From Minisyncoccota bacterium (GTDB lineage Bacteria > Patescibacteriota > Minisyncoccia > Phycocordibacterales > Phycocordibacteraceae): 64,000 nt of DNA. Positions 50,704 through 61,261 of the stretch are shown in pieces (position 1 is the first letter of the stretch; each line of letters starts with the position of its first letter). The DNA lies in the NCBI GenBank assembly GCA_036405415.1, contig DASWXP010000002.1, positions 272,351 through 336,350 on the forward strand, written 5' to 3'. The notes beneath the pieces were generated by a model that had not been told where the DNA came from, searched no databases, and saw only the letters and a list, made by a program, of their open reading frames with translations. Both the position numbers and the translations under genes were made by a program.

Positions 50704-53700
50704 ATGACGAAGTTCTGGACGTTCTTCCTCGCGAAGCACCATTTCACGATCCTCCTTGCGGTCGTGCTCATATTCGGCGGGTTCTATGCCGTGCTCGCGA
50801 TCCCGAAGGAATCATCGCCTGAAGTGCAGATCCCGATGGGTGTCGTCACGACCGTGCTTCCGGGCGCGTCAGCAGAGGATATCGAGACCCTCATCACGAA
50901 CAAGGTGGAAGACCGCGTCCTCGGCATCGAGGGCGTCTCGAAGGTCACGTCGTCTTCCGGAGACGGCGTCTCCTCGGTCACGGTTGAGTTCAACGCGAAC
51001 GCGGATATCGATAAGTCCATCCAGCTCCTTAAGGACGAAGTGGACACGGTGCGCCCGGAGCTTCCTGAGGAAGCGAATGACCCGGTGGTGTCTGACGTGA
51101 ACTTCGCGGACCAGCCGATCCTCATCATCTCTATCGCGGGCGAGCTCGCTCCTGCTGAGCTTACCGAACTCGGTGAGACCGTAGCGGATGAGATCGAGCG
51201 CGTACGCGGCGTATCCTCCGTCTCGGTGTCGGGCGTCCGTGAGCGCCAGGTACAGGTAATCGTCGAGCAGGCGAAGCTCCGCCAGTACGGTATCTCGATC
51301 AGCGACGTCACGAATGCGCTGCGCGCTTCGGGCGTCGCTGCTCCTGCAGGCGCCATCACCGTGGACGGCGTCCGGTACTCCGTGCGCCTTGAAGCGGGCC
51401 TTACGGACACCGCGCAGGTAGGCGCGATCGCGCTCGCAGGCCCGGGCGGCACCCCGATCCGCATCGCGGATGTCGCTACGGTCGTGGACGGGCTCGCCGA
51501 TCCTGCGACCTATTCGCGCGTATCAGTCGACGGAGCGCCGAGCGCCCCTGCGCTTACCCTTTCCGTATTCAAGAGCCGCGGCGGCAACATCCTTGAGACC
51601 GGCAGCGATGTTAAGAAGCTGCTCGAGGAGCTCGAGTCCGGACCGCTCTCGGGAACCGAGACCGTCATCACCTACGACGCTGCAGACGATATCGCGCACG
51701 ACCTAGCAGAGCTCTCGAAGGTCGGCCTTGAGACCGTGGTGCTCGTCATGATCATGCTCTTCCTCACGCTCGGCTGGAGGGAGTCCTTGGTTGCGGCCGC
51801 TTCGATCCCGCTCTCGTTCCTCATCGCGTTCATCGGCCTTGCCGCAAGCGGCAACACCATCAACTTCATCTCGCTTTTCTCGCTCATCCTCGCGATCGGC
51901 ATCCTCGTGGACTCCGGCATCGTGGTGGTCGAGGCCATGCACACCCGCCTAATGCAGACGGGCGACAAGTACAAGGCGGCCGTGGCTGCGATCAAGGAGT
52001 ACGCGTGGCCGCTCATCGCCGGCACCATGACCACGGTCGCGGTGTTCGTACCGCTCTTCTTCCTCTCGGGCATCGTAGGCAAGTTCATCGCTTCGATCCC
52101 GTTCACGGTCATCTTCGTGCTCATCGCCTCGATCTTCGTAGCGCTCGGCCTCGTGCCGCTCTTGGCGCTCTACGTGATCAAGAAGGAGCCGTCCGCGCTC
52201 GAGAAGCGCCAGGAGGAATATAACGAGCGCGCGAAGGCGTGGTACGAGAAATACCTGCGCTCGATGCTCGGCAATCGCCAGAAGGAGAACAAGTTCCTCT
52301 GGACCATGGCCGGCCTCTTCGTGCTCTCGCTCCTGCTTCCTATCACGGGCCTCGTGAAGGTCGTGTTCTTCCCTGCCGAAGACATGGAATTCGTCACGAT
52401 CGCGATCGAAAAGCCGCAGGGCACCGCCCTTGCGGACACCGATCTGGCGGTCCGCGAGGTGGAAGAGCTTCTATACGAGGATTCCCGCGTCGAGTCCTTC
52501 GTTTCCGATGTCGGCACCGCGAGCTTCTTCAGCAGCACGGGCGGCGCAGGCTCGCATATCGCGAACATAACCGTGAACCTTGCTGAGGACCGGAAGCAGA
52601 CCAGCGGCGAGATCGTGACGGATCTGCGCAAGACGCTTTCGTCCGTGACGTCTGCACGTATCATCGTCTCTGAGCCTGCGGGAGGCCCGCCTACCGGCGC
52701 CGCTATCTCCGTTACCTTCGTCGGCGACGACCTCGCGGCGCTCGGCACGGCAGTCGACCAGGGCGCGCGCGCTCTCTCAGAGGTTCCCGGAACTACCAAC
52801 GTGGACACGTCCATGAAGGATGACGGCGCTGAGTTCGTGGTGCGCCTCGATTCCGCGAAGGCGGCTGAGCTCGGCGTATCTCCGCTCGCGGTCGCAGACA
52901 CGCTCCGCAGCGCCCTCTTCGGCACGGATGCGACCGATATCCGCGCAGGCGGAAATGATATCGAGGTACGCACGAAGCTCGACCTCAACCCTGGCTTCCG
53001 CGATCCGTCCGAGACTACGGACGCGACCATTGACGCGGTCCGCAGCCTCACGGTCCCAGGAGCGCGCGGTCCGGTTCCGCTCTCGTCGGTCGCGACCATC
53101 GCGTACGAACCTGCGAACGCGGTTATCCGCCACGAGGACGGCACGCGCATCGCGACTCTCACCGCAGACGCCGCAGCAGGCGGCAACCCGCTCCAGATCG
53201 CTTCCACCTTCACTGAGAAGATGCAGGATGTGGAGCTTCCTGAAGGGGTCGAAATGAAGATCGGCGGCGAGAGTGAGGACGTCAACCAGTCATTCGCTGA
53301 GATGGGCCTCGCGCTCCTTGCCGGCGCGGCGCTTATGCTCGCGATCCTCGTGCTCGAATTCAACTCGTTCCGCCATTCGCTCTACCTGCTTCTTATCATC
53401 CCGCTTTCCTTGGTGGGCGTGCTCGCCGGGCTCTTCATCACGAACTCAGCGCTTTCCTTCCCCTCGATGCTCGGCATCATCGCGCTCGCGGGTGTGATTA
53501 TCAATCACGCGATCATCCTCATGGACTCGATCGCGCGAATCGGAAACGAGCGCACGGACGCGTCCCTCACAGACGTGGTGGTCGAGGCAGCATCGACGCG
53601 CTTCCGCCCGATCATCCTTACGACCGTAGTCACGGTGGTGGGCATGGTCCCGCTCTCCTACGCGTCAGGCATCTGGGGACCGCTCGCGTTCTCCATCATG

Positions 53701-53799
53701 TTCGGCCTTGCATGGTCCATGATCCTCACGCTCGTCCTCATCCCGATCCTGTACCATCGCTGGCCAGGAAAGGAGGTGCGCGCCAAGTTCACGAAATAG
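50704..53799 (+). CDS. RND efflux permease (AcrB family)
   Basis: 1031 aa; GILVDSGIVVVE; RFRPIILT. Confidence 0.95.
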   Translation: MTKFWTFFLAKHHFTILLAVVLIFGGFYAVLAIPKESSPEVQIPMGVVTTVLPGASAEDIETLITNKVEDRVLGIEGVSKVTSSSGDGVSSVTVEFNANADIDKSIQLLKDEVDTVRPELPEEANDPVVSDVNFADQPILIISIAGELAPAELTELGETVADEIERVRGVSSVSVSGVRERQVQVIVEQAKLRQYGISISDVTNALRASGVAAPAGAITVDGVRYSVRLEAGLTDTAQVGAIALAGPGGTPIRIADVATVVDGLADPATYSRVSVDGAPSAPALTLSVFKSRGGNILETGSDVKKLLEELESGPLSGTETVITYDAADDIAHDLAELSKVGLETVVLVMIMLFLTLGWRESLVAAASIPLSFLIAFIGLAASGNTINFISLFSLILAIGILVDSGIVVVEAMHTRLMQTGDKYKAAVAAIKEYAWPLIAGTMTTVAVFVPLFFLSGIVGKFIASIPFTVIFVLIASIFVALGLVPLLALYVIKKEPSALEKRQEEYNERAKAWYEKYLRSMLGNRQKENKFLWTMAGLFVLSLLLPITGLVKVVFFPAEDMEFVTIAIEKPQGTALADTDLAVREVEELLYEDSRVESFVSDVGTASFFSSTGGAGSHIANITVNLAEDRKQTSGEIVTDLRKTLSSVTSARIIVSEPAGGPPTGAAISVTFVGDDLAALGTAVDQGARALSEVPGTTNVDTSMKDDGAEFVVRLDSAKAAELGVSPLAVADTLRSALFGTDATDIRAGGNDIEVRTKLDLNPGFRDPSETTDATIDAVRSLTVPGARGPVPLSSVATIAYEPANAVIRHEDGTRIATLTADAAAGGNPLQIASTFTEKMQDVELPEGVEMKIGGESEDVNQSFAEMGLALLAGAALMLAILVLEFNSFRHSLYLLLIIPLSLVGVLAGLFITNSALSFPSMLGIIALAGVIINHAIILMDSIARIGNERTDASLTDVVVEAASTRFRPIILTTVVTVVGMVPLSYASGIWGPLAFSIMFGLAWSMILTLVLIPILYHRWPGKEVRAKFTK

Positions 53800-53831
53800 C
53801 AAAAGGCCCGCATCGCGCGGGCCTTTTGCTA
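53797..53831. terminator. Bidirectional terminator
   Basis: TAGCAAAAGGCCCGC-atcgc-GCGGGCCTTTTGCTA. Confidence 0.88.
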
Positions 53832-53843
53832 CCTGAAGCTCTC

Positions 53844-54545
53844 TTAGGTGCGAGCTTCTGCGCTTCCCTGCGCGTACAGGGACGAACGGAGACGCTCGAC
53901 GATGAGCGCCATGCGGCGCGAATCGTTCATCGGGACGGTCTGCACGTTCGCTCCCGAACCGATCTCGATGTCCTCAGAGAGGTCGTCCGCAATCACGTCG
54001 AGGTCATGATTCAGGCGCGCCTCAAGGTCCGCGCGGCTCTCAGCCTTTGCCATGAGGAACGCGTACCACGGATAGGACACGCGCACCTCGCCCTCAGGAG
54101 ACACTTCCGCGCGTATGGTGATGCTGCCCGGGATGAAGCCGAGGAACTTCGCCTCCGCCTTGTAGCGGATCATGAGCTCGCCGTCGGCTAGCTCGATCTC
54201 CTCTACGCGGTCATCGCGCTCGACGAGCGAACCGACGTACGCTTCGAGGCTCGCCGGCGTCATGACGTCTTCAGCGCGGGTTACGGAGTATACGGTGCCT
54301 TCCTTGAGGTCGTTGCGGTCTATGGAGAATTCGGCCATCGTTGCGCTTCCCGCCTCGGTCGACGTGCCGGCATCGCTCGAAAGACTTGTCTCGGTATCGG
54401 CCATTACATCAGCATCCATCATGGAACTGGTGGCGGAGACGTCGATGCCGGTTCCGACATCGAGGTTTACGCCCTGGGCGTGCACGGCACCAGCAGCACT
54501 GAATCCGAACGCTGCTAAGAGCACGAGAGTACTGAATTTTGTCAT
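53844..54545 (-). CDS. Secreted hypothetical protein
   Basis: Signal peptide (AVHA), AKFLGFIP...VSYPWY. Confidence 0.7.
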   Translation of the reverse strand: MTKFSTLVLLAAFGFSAAGAVHAQGVNLDVGTGIDVSATSSMMDADVMADTETSLSSDAGTSTEAGSATMAEFSIDRNDLKEGTVYSVTRAEDVMTPASLEAYVGSLVERDDRVEEIELADGELMIRYKAEAKFLGFIPGSITIRAEVSPEGEVRVSYPWYAFLMAKAESRADLEARLNHDLDVIADDLSEDIEIGSGANVQTVPMNDSRRMALIVERLRSSLYAQGSAEART

Positions 54546-54680
54546 GATTTCTAGGAAGTTAAGGCGGCCGCTATGCCCGCCGCTACGGAAGAACCTTCTC
54601 ATGGTACCGATTAAGGCCTCATGAAGAAAATTCCCCACATGGAAATCCGGGGATAGAGGCCTGGTGGTACACTTTCAACC

Positions 54681-55058
54681 ATGAGTACGCCCAAGAAAGT
54701 CCTTATCGTAGAGGACGACACGCTCCTTCTCGTCACGCTCACGCATCAGTTCGAAGACGCAGGATACACGGTGCTTTCCGCAAAGAACGGCGAGGACGGG
54801 GTCTCGACCTACCTCTCTGAGAAGCCCGATGCGGTGGTCATGGACGTGATGATGCCGCGTAAGGACGGCGTGGAGATGCTCGAAGAGATCCGGGAGAAGG
54901 CTCCTGACCACAAGGCTCCGATCATCGTGCTCAGCAATGCAAACGATATGGAGTACGTCGCGCGTGCAATGAGCCAGGGAGCGGTAGCCTATCTGCTCAA
55001 GTCGGACCGCCAGATCGACAGCGTCGTGAAGCTCGTCGACGAGCGCCTACGCGCATAG
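54681..55058 (+). CDS. Single-domain response regulator
   Basis: LIVEDD, MDVMMPRKDG, LSN, YLLK. Confidence 0.93.
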   Translation: MSTPKKVLIVEDDTLLLVTLTHQFEDAGYTVLSAKNGEDGVSTYLSEKPDAVVMDVMMPRKDGVEMLEEIREKAPDHKAPIIVLSNANDMEYVARAMSQGAVAYLLKSDRQIDSVVKLVDERLRA

Positions 55059-56405
55059 TGGCAGCGATAGCGTGAACGTAGAACCCTCTCCCTCGACGGA
55101 AGAGACGGTTACGGCGCCTCCATGCAGCACCGCTGCTTTCTTCACCAGATAGAGTCCGAGCCCGGTACCGTATTCTCCCGAGCGAATCGCTTCCTTGGTG
55201 CGATGGTACCCTGCGAATATCTTCTCCTGGTCCTCCGGAGCTATCCCCTTTCCTTGATCGGTTACTGAAAGCTGGTGCATGCCTGCCGCTCTCTTGTAGC
55301 TGATTCTGACCGCGCTTCCCTCGCGCGTGTACTTCACCGCGTTCGTGAGGAGATTGAAGAGCGCATGATGGAGCATCTGGCGGTCTGCACTCAGGGTGCC
55401 TGCATCTGCGAACAAAGGATCCACGTCGATCGATACGTGCCGCTCTTGTGCAGAAAGCGCGAGACTGTCGGCGATGTCTTCCACGAAGTCGCGCAGGTCG
55501 ATCTCCTCAGGACGCAGCCTTGCGGTAGTGCCACCCTCCAGCGCGGTCAGGTCGAGGAGATTGTTCACGCGCCCGATGAGTCCGAGGCAGCTCTCATGCA
55601 CGAGAGCGAGCACGGTCCTAGTCTTCGGATTAAGAGGCGGGTTCTGTCGCTTCAGCAGCCCTTCGATCGCCCAGCGGATGCCGGTAAGCGGCGTGCGAAT
55701 CTCATGCGAGGCGATCGAGAGGAATTCCGATTTCTGCTCAAGGTACGCGGTCTCGCGCCTGCGGGTACGCTCCGTAGCGATGATAACGAGCACGAGAAGG
55801 AGCGAGACGAGCACCGGGAGCGACGCATAGGCTATCGCGTCGCCGAGATACCGGTTTGCCGGAAGGTCCATGCCGAGCATGGCGACCACCGTCCCCGCCT
55901 CGTCTATAACCGGCGCGTATCCTGAGATCCAGAGCCCCCAGCGGTCCTGGTCAGGCCCTTCCGTGCGGCGCCTGCCATCTTCAAAGAGCGCCTGCATCGC
56001 CGGGGTCGCCTCGTAGTAGACCTGGCCAGGCGGCGAGTAGTCAGCGGACTCTGCCGGCTCTGAGTCCGCGTAAAAGAAGAGATTTCCCTCTGCATTCTTT
56101 CCGATCACATATAGGAATCGTGCATCCCCGTTAACCGACCGCATCTTCGTAAGGAAGAGCTTGAGCGACTCGTACGGCGGCGTGCCGAGGTCATTCTCGG
56201 TTCCCGAGAGTTCTTGCAGCTCTTCCTGCGGCACCGCTACGGCTATGGTGGCGACACGCTCGAGGATATGCTCGCGTCCGGCGCGGTCTACCTGAGAGAA
56301 GACATAGAAGGCTGACACCGCGCCGATGAGCAGCACGAGCACTGCAAGGAGTATGGGTGCCAGACGCATGCGTCCGAATCTCTTGTTAGCCTCTGGGGTG
56401 AACAT
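55047..56405 (-). CDS. Sensor histidine kinase
   Basis: 2 TMs, SHEIRTPLT, NLLTNAVKY, DQGKG, GTGLGL. Confidence 0.94.
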   Translation of the reverse strand: MFTPEANKRFGRMRLAPILLAVLVLLIGAVSAFYVFSQVDRAGREHILERVATIAVAVPQEELQELSGTENDLGTPPYESLKLFLTKMRSVNGDARFLYVIGKNAEGNLFFYADSEPAESADYSPPGQVYYEATPAMQALFEDGRRRTEGPDQDRWGLWISGYAPVIDEAGTVVAMLGMDLPANRYLGDAIAYASLPVLVSLLLVLVIIATERTRRRETAYLEQKSEFLSIASHEIRTPLTGIRWAIEGLLKRQNPPLNPKTRTVLALVHESCLGLIGRVNNLLDLTALEGGTTARLRPEEIDLRDFVEDIADSLALSAQERHVSIDVDPLFADAGTLSADRQMLHHALFNLLTNAVKYTREGSAVRISYKRAAGMHQLSVTDQGKGIAPEDQEKIFAGYHRTKEAIRSGEYGTGLGLYLVKKAAVLHGGAVTVSSVEGEGSTFTLSLPLCA

Positions 56406-56464
56406 GGTCTCAGTATAGTACGAGCGCGGAACCTTCGTTCCGCGCTCGTAGAGGAAAGCGGTCC

Positions 56465-57223
56465 CTAAAGGGCCCGGATGCTCTCGACACTGACCACGCC
56501 CTTCACGTCGTACTTCATCCACCAATCTGAGCTCAGTATCTCGATCGGCACGAGCGTACCGGTCACCTCGATACGAGCATCTCCGGACGCCGTCATCCGC
56601 TCCTCGTCCGAGAGCAATGCCAGGTCGAGCGCGTAGTTTGATCCGTCGTCTGTGCGGAGGCCCTGCGCGCACTCCTTGGTCTGCGGGCCGGTCGTGTCCT
56701 TGTGCGGAAGGCAGATTATGGTTCCGGCGAGCGTTGCCGGGTTCGGGAGCACGGCCGCTGAAGCGCCTTCTGCAACGAGTTCGAGGTCGTACGGGAGGCC
56801 TGATTCGATGTCGTTACCATTGATATCGAGTATGCGGATCGTGTCGGCATCGACACGGATGAAACGCTGCGATACTTCCCCGTCGCCTTTATAAAGCGCG
56901 TATACCGTCGCGTCAGGATTCGTTCCTGTTCCGCGTTCCGTGGTCCAGCGACCGGACTCAACGAACGGCTCCACATCCCGCTCGAGGTACGTGAGGGAAA
57001 GCTCGTACGTTCCCTCGGCGCTATAGGCGCTGTCCTGCATGAGCGTTAGGCGCTGCACGATGCCCGGGCAGTCCGCGCACGGAGTCGTACCTTCGAAGGT
57101 GCCGAGCAGCACGCCTTCTGATACGGACCGTTCCGTAAGGGATGCCGGCGGCGGCACAAACGCGAGCACGGCAAGGGCGAGCACTATGAACGCGCCGAGC
57201 GCGATGATCTGGTTCTTGGTCAT
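56465..57223 (-). CDS. NlpE N-terminal-domain protein
   Basis: GTFEGTTPCADCPGI. Confidence 0.85.
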   Translation of the reverse strand: MTKNQIIALGAFIVLALAVLAFVPPPASLTERSVSEGVLLGTFEGTTPCADCPGIVQRLTLMQDSAYSAEGTYELSLTYLERDVEPFVESGRWTTERGTGTNPDATVYALYKGDGEVSQRFIRVDADTIRILDINGNDIESGLPYDLELVAEGASAAVLPNPATLAGTIICLPHKDTTGPQTKECAQGLRTDDGSNYALDLALLSDEERMTASGDARIEVTGTLVPIEILSSDWWMKYDVKGVVSVESIRAL

Positions 57224-57278
57224 ATGCTTTAAGGATAGCAAGGTCGCGAATGCGTTCATCCCACCCCCTGCATAACCT

Positions 57279-57638
57279 CTAGCGGAACCCACGGATGATG
57301 AGATCGCTGAATCCCCAGAGCGATAAGAGCGCGGTGAGCACTACGATCATACCGGTAAACGGAAGCGTTACCGGCATGCCGAGACCGTAGTGCCAGTACG
57401 CGGCACAGAGGAACCCTGTGATACCAATCACGATGTCGAGAACGACGTTCGGAGTGACCTCGATGATCTTGAGGAGCCATTCATACACTTCCCAGAGGAT
57501 TACAAGCACTATGGCGATACCGAACGCCCATGCAAATGAGAATCCGAGCCAGAAGAGCCCGGTACCGATGAGAATCCCTGACAGGAAATGCACCACGGAC
57601 CAGAGGTCCACGTACCGGCCGTGCTTCCAGGTATCCAT
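57279..57638 (-). CDS. Small membrane protein
   Basis: DLWSVVHFLSG, WEVYE, N..D motifs; TACACT 6 nt before ATG. Confidence 0.75.
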   Translation of the reverse strand: MDTWKHGRYVDLWSVVHFLSGILIGTGLFWLGFSFAWAFGIAIVLVILWEVYEWLLKIIEVTPNVVLDIVIGITGFLCAAYWHYGLGMPVTLPFTGMIVVLTALLSLWGFSDLIIRGFR

Positions 57639-57673
57639 AGGGTGAGTGTAGCAGGTATGCTATACCTACATCC

Positions 57674-58327
57674 ATGTTCCACCAGATAGAAGCGCTCATA
57701 CTCTCCTACGCTCCCCTACTGCCTTTGCCTGCGTTCGCAGCGCTCGCATCGTTTGCGGAAGAGATCGTCGCGCCGATACCGTCGGGCCCCGTGATGCTTA
57801 TCACCGGCACGCTCGCGCAGGTGCAGGGCTATACACTTCCCCTTCTCGTGGGTCTCGCGCTCGTCGCAGCCGTAGGCAAGCTCGCAGGATCGCTCGTCGT
57901 GTACTTCATCGCCGACAAGGCCGAGGACGTGTTCGCGGCGCGCTTCGCGAAATTCGTCGGGGTCTCGCATGAAGAGCTCGAGCGGTTCGGTTCGAGGCTG
58001 GGCAACGGCTGGAAAGACTACATGCTCCTCACGCTCCTGCGTACGCTTCCGTTCGTACCGAGCGTCGTTGTCTCGTTCGGGGCAGGCATGCTCAAGGTGC
58101 GGCTGAAGCTGTTTATCTTCGCGACCTTCATAGGCTCAATACTTCGCGATTTCACATTCCTCTATGCCGGCTACGCCGGACTCGCGTATGCGGAGCAACT
58201 CATGGAGCAGTTCTCGACGCTCGAATCCATCGGCCAGGTAGCGATAGCAAGCGCTGTCGCGCTCGCGCTCTTCGTATTGATATTCGTTCGCTACCGGAAG
58301 CGTCGCGCTACCACCACGTCCCGCTGA
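57674..58327 (+). CDS. DedA/VTT (SNARE-associated) membrane protein
   Basis: EEIVAPIPS, LRTLPFVP, TFIGSILR. Confidence 0.85.
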   Translation: MFHQIEALILSYAPLLPLPAFAALASFAEEIVAPIPSGPVMLITGTLAQVQGYTLPLLVGLALVAAVGKLAGSLVVYFIADKAEDVFAARFAKFVGVSHEELERFGSRLGNGWKDYMLLTLLRTLPFVPSVVVSFGAGMLKVRLKLFIFATFIGSILRDFTFLYAGYAGLAYAEQLMEQFSTLESIGQVAIASAVALALFVLIFVRYRKRRATTTSR

Positions 58328-60659
58328 CGCCGAGCGCTTTCATCTTCGCGCGCGTGAGCGGACCGAAGTATCCGACGGACGGAGAGATGCCGTTCGCGGC
58401 CTGGAAGCGTGCGAGCGCGCTCCTGGTGAGTGCTCCGAAGAACATCGTCTCGCTTCCTGGAGCCCCGAGTCCCTCGGCTGCGAGCGCGAAGCCGTTTCCG
58501 TTCAGGAGCTTCTGGAGCATCCGCACGTCCTCCCCATCCATGGAGGTCTCAAGGTCTCGGACCTGAACCGTCCCGGACGCAGCTACCGCGCTCGGGAAGA
58601 GGCGCGGCCACTCGGCCTTAAGCGCATCCGCTTCCGCTACCTTGCCCATGTCCGCGAGGTTCCTCACGCGGGACGCGATAGAGCCTCCGCTGCGGCTTCC
58701 GGTTGAGCCGGACTCGGCCGCCGGCACCGTGCCGAATATCGCGAAGATCGAGAAGTTCGGCGTGTCGCAGGTTATGGTGTTGGCTGCCATGTCGAGACTG
58801 CAGCCTGAGAGCTGTTCCCACGCATTGTCATGATAGTGGTGCATGGTGAGCGTGCGCTCATCGAGCCCCGCGATATCCTCGTCGGTATAGGTGTAGGTGA
58901 TCGTCACCGGATGATCGAACGAGTCGAGCACGGTGGTGGAGTTCACGAGCGCCGTCACGTTGAACGCGACTGCTGCTGCGCTATAGAGGCTCCCGGGAAG
59001 GCCGATCTCCGTGAGTATCGGTTCAGATTCCTGCGCATGGATCTGGATCACTACCGTAGAGCTCGTGGCGGTGAAGTTCGCGGGAGTAGCGACGGAGATC
59101 GAGCGTCCTGAATCGGTAAGAGTTGTGGTGGTAGTAGCGTTCGCGGCAACCGAGTTGGTGGTCGCAAGCCGCGGCTCTGCCCCTACGCAGCCAAGCGTCG
59201 TGAAGCTTGCGGGGGTCGAGGTAGCGCGATTCCCCGCAGCGTCTGCCGAGGTGACCTTGTACGCATACGTGGTGCAGGACGAGAGGCCGGAGAGCGACGC
59301 GGTATGGCTCGTGACGCGCGAGCTCGTGTCGGTCTCGCTGGTGGTGCTTGCGTATCCGGTGCCTACCGAGTACACCGCCTTGGTCGAGGACTGCTCGTTC
59401 GTCGTCCAGGTGAGCGCTGCGGTCGTGGTAGCAGCGCTCGCTGAGACGCTCGAGATAACAGGCGCGGTCACGTCCGCGGTCGTGAAGGACCAGGTAGTCT
59501 TGCTGCTGATGCCTGCAAAGAAATTGTTCGATCCGTCACGGAACGCCGTGTTCGGTACGAGCACGTAGTACTGGACGCCTTCTTCGAGCGTGACGCTTGG
59601 GTTGATCGTGATGGACGATGAGCCGCCGCCAGACACGAGGTTGCCTGCCACATCTATGGACTCTACGATGCTGTCATCCGAGGATTTCCTTATGGTGATT
59701 GCGCCGGTGCTCGTGCTCACTGACTTGCTGAACCCGATCACGAGGTTCGCTGTGACGGACGCGGACGTATTGCCGTTCGTTGGGGAGAGCGAGGTTACGG
59801 CAGGCACGTCGGCCGTCACCACCGAGATGTTGGCTGCGACCACGGTCGGGTTCGCGCCAGGCGCGCCGAACTCTGCTACGTATCCCGGAAGGCTGAACCC
59901 TGAACACGGGAGGTCGTTCCACTTTCCAGTACCTCCCGTGAGGTACTGCGCGCAATCCTCGCCACCGGCATCATTCGGCTCCCCGGTACCCCAGTTCGCG
60001 TAATTGCCGCCGACGGTGCTTCCGCCTGACAGTCCGCTCCAGAACTGCGTGCCGTTCTCAGGTCCCGTCACCCATCGCCATGCTCCTTCCGAGGCGCTGT
60101 CGCTCGCACCCATCCACCCGGCGTTCGAGAGGCGCGCCGTAACGAAGCTGTTCTCGTTCGCAGACGAGATAGTGGCGAGATAGCCGGTAGCGCCGTAGAG
60201 CGTGAGCGCTTCCGCTTTCGTCTTGGCGGCGTTCCAGTCGCCCGCATCAGATATGTACTTGTAGAGGTGGCCGTTGTCCTCGAAGAAAACCTCGCCAGCT
60301 TCCACGAGCGATACCTCGAGCGTGTCGGTGCCCGTGCTTGCACGCGTGTACTTCAAGGTCGCGAGCGCCGCATTGATGTTCGCCACGGTACCGGTGAAAC
60401 TAACGCTCGTGCCTGAGGAACTCCCACTGAACGTGAGTCCCGTGGTGGTGGTCATGGAGAGCGTTCCGCTCGTAGCACGCAAGCGGACCGGAGTCGTAGA
60501 AGCTGCAGGTCCCACGATCTGGAAGCCGGTTATGGATGTCGCGACGTTCGGCGTGGTGGTCGCATTGTTGCCCGTTGTAAGCGTGAGCGCTGCGTGCGCC
60601 GAAGGTGCATACGAAAGGAGCGCCCCAAGTGCGAGGAAGGAAGCCAGGAACAGTTTCAT
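58308..60659 (-). CDS. Surface protein: C-type lectin, Ig-like, FN3-like and peptidoglycan-binding domains
   Basis: Signal peptide; NGHLYKY...WMG...GEPND...EDC...WNDLPC; GEDVRMLQKLLN...GYFGPLTR. Confidence 0.8.
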   Translation of the reverse strand: MKLFLASFLALGALLSYAPSAHAALTLTTGNNATTTPNVATSITGFQIVGPAASTTPVRLRATSGTLSMTTTTGLTFSGSSSGTSVSFTGTVANINAALATLKYTRASTGTDTLEVSLVEAGEVFFEDNGHLYKYISDAGDWNAAKTKAEALTLYGATGYLATISSANENSFVTARLSNAGWMGASDSASEGAWRWVTGPENGTQFWSGLSGGSTVGGNYANWGTGEPNDAGGEDCAQYLTGGTGKWNDLPCSGFSLPGYVAEFGAPGANPTVVAANISVVTADVPAVTSLSPTNGNTSASVTANLVIGFSKSVSTSTGAITIRKSSDDSIVESIDVAGNLVSGGGSSSITINPSVTLEEGVQYYVLVPNTAFRDGSNNFFAGISSKTTWSFTTADVTAPVISSVSASAATTTAALTWTTNEQSSTKAVYSVGTGYASTTSETDTSSRVTSHTASLSGLSSCTTYAYKVTSADAAGNRATSTPASFTTLGCVGAEPRLATTNSVAANATTTTTLTDSGRSISVATPANFTATSSTVVIQIHAQESEPILTEIGLPGSLYSAAAVAFNVTALVNSTTVLDSFDHPVTITYTYTDEDIAGLDERTLTMHHYHDNAWEQLSGCSLDMAANTITCDTPNFSIFAIFGTVPAAESGSTGSRSGGSIASRVRNLADMGKVAEADALKAEWPRLFPSAVAASGTVQVRDLETSMDGEDVRMLQKLLNGNGFALAAEGLGAPGSETMFFGALTRSALARFQAANGISPSVGYFGPLTRAKMKALGVSGTWW

Positions 60660-60688
60660 GAAGAAAAGTATACCCCACCCAAGTGGTG

Positions 60689-61234
60689 CTACACGAGCAG
60701 TACCTTCAGTGCGAGCAGCATTATAACGAGCGCTCCCGCTATCTCGAGCTTGGTGCCGATCAGGTGCTTGATATGCCTTCCAACGTAGATGCCGCAAAGG
60801 CAGGCAGCAAACGTGACGAGACCGATGGCAAGCACGGCGAACGAGAGTGACACCGGGATGAACGTGAACGATATGCCCGCGACAAGCGCGTCGATGCTCG
60901 TCGCAACCGCAAGTGCGATGAGGGTCTTGGTACGGAGTATGTTCCGTTCTTCATCTTCACTCTCAGGACCGAGCGCTTCCTTGAGCATCTTGAGTCCTAC
61001 GAGCATGAGGAGCGTGAAGCCGATAAGGTTCCCGTATGCAGCAAGCGGGCTCTGGAACGCGAGTCCTCCGGCCCAGCCGATGAGCGGCATCATTCCCTGG
61101 AACAGGCCTAAGACGCCCGCGATATAGACCGCGCGGGTATGCGTGATGCGGTTGAGCGCTCCGGCACCGACCGCAACCACTACCGCATCGAGCGACAGCC
61201 CGACGGCAAGAATAAGAATCTCTACAGGAGACAT
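60689..61234 (-). CDS. mntP: Manganese efflux pump MntP family
   Basis: GLSLDA, FQGMMP, ATSIDAL. Confidence 0.9.
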   Translation of the reverse strand: MSPVEILILAVGLSLDAVVVAVGAGALNRITHTRAVYIAGVLGLFQGMMPLIGWAGGLAFQSPLAAYGNLIGFTLLMLVGLKMLKEALGPESEDEERNILRTKTLIALAVATSIDALVAGISFTFIPVSLSFAVLAIGLVTFAACLCGIYVGRHIKHLIGTKLEIAGALVIMLLALKVLLV

Positions 61235-61261
61235 GTGGTCTTCCCTTCTGTACTACAGTCT

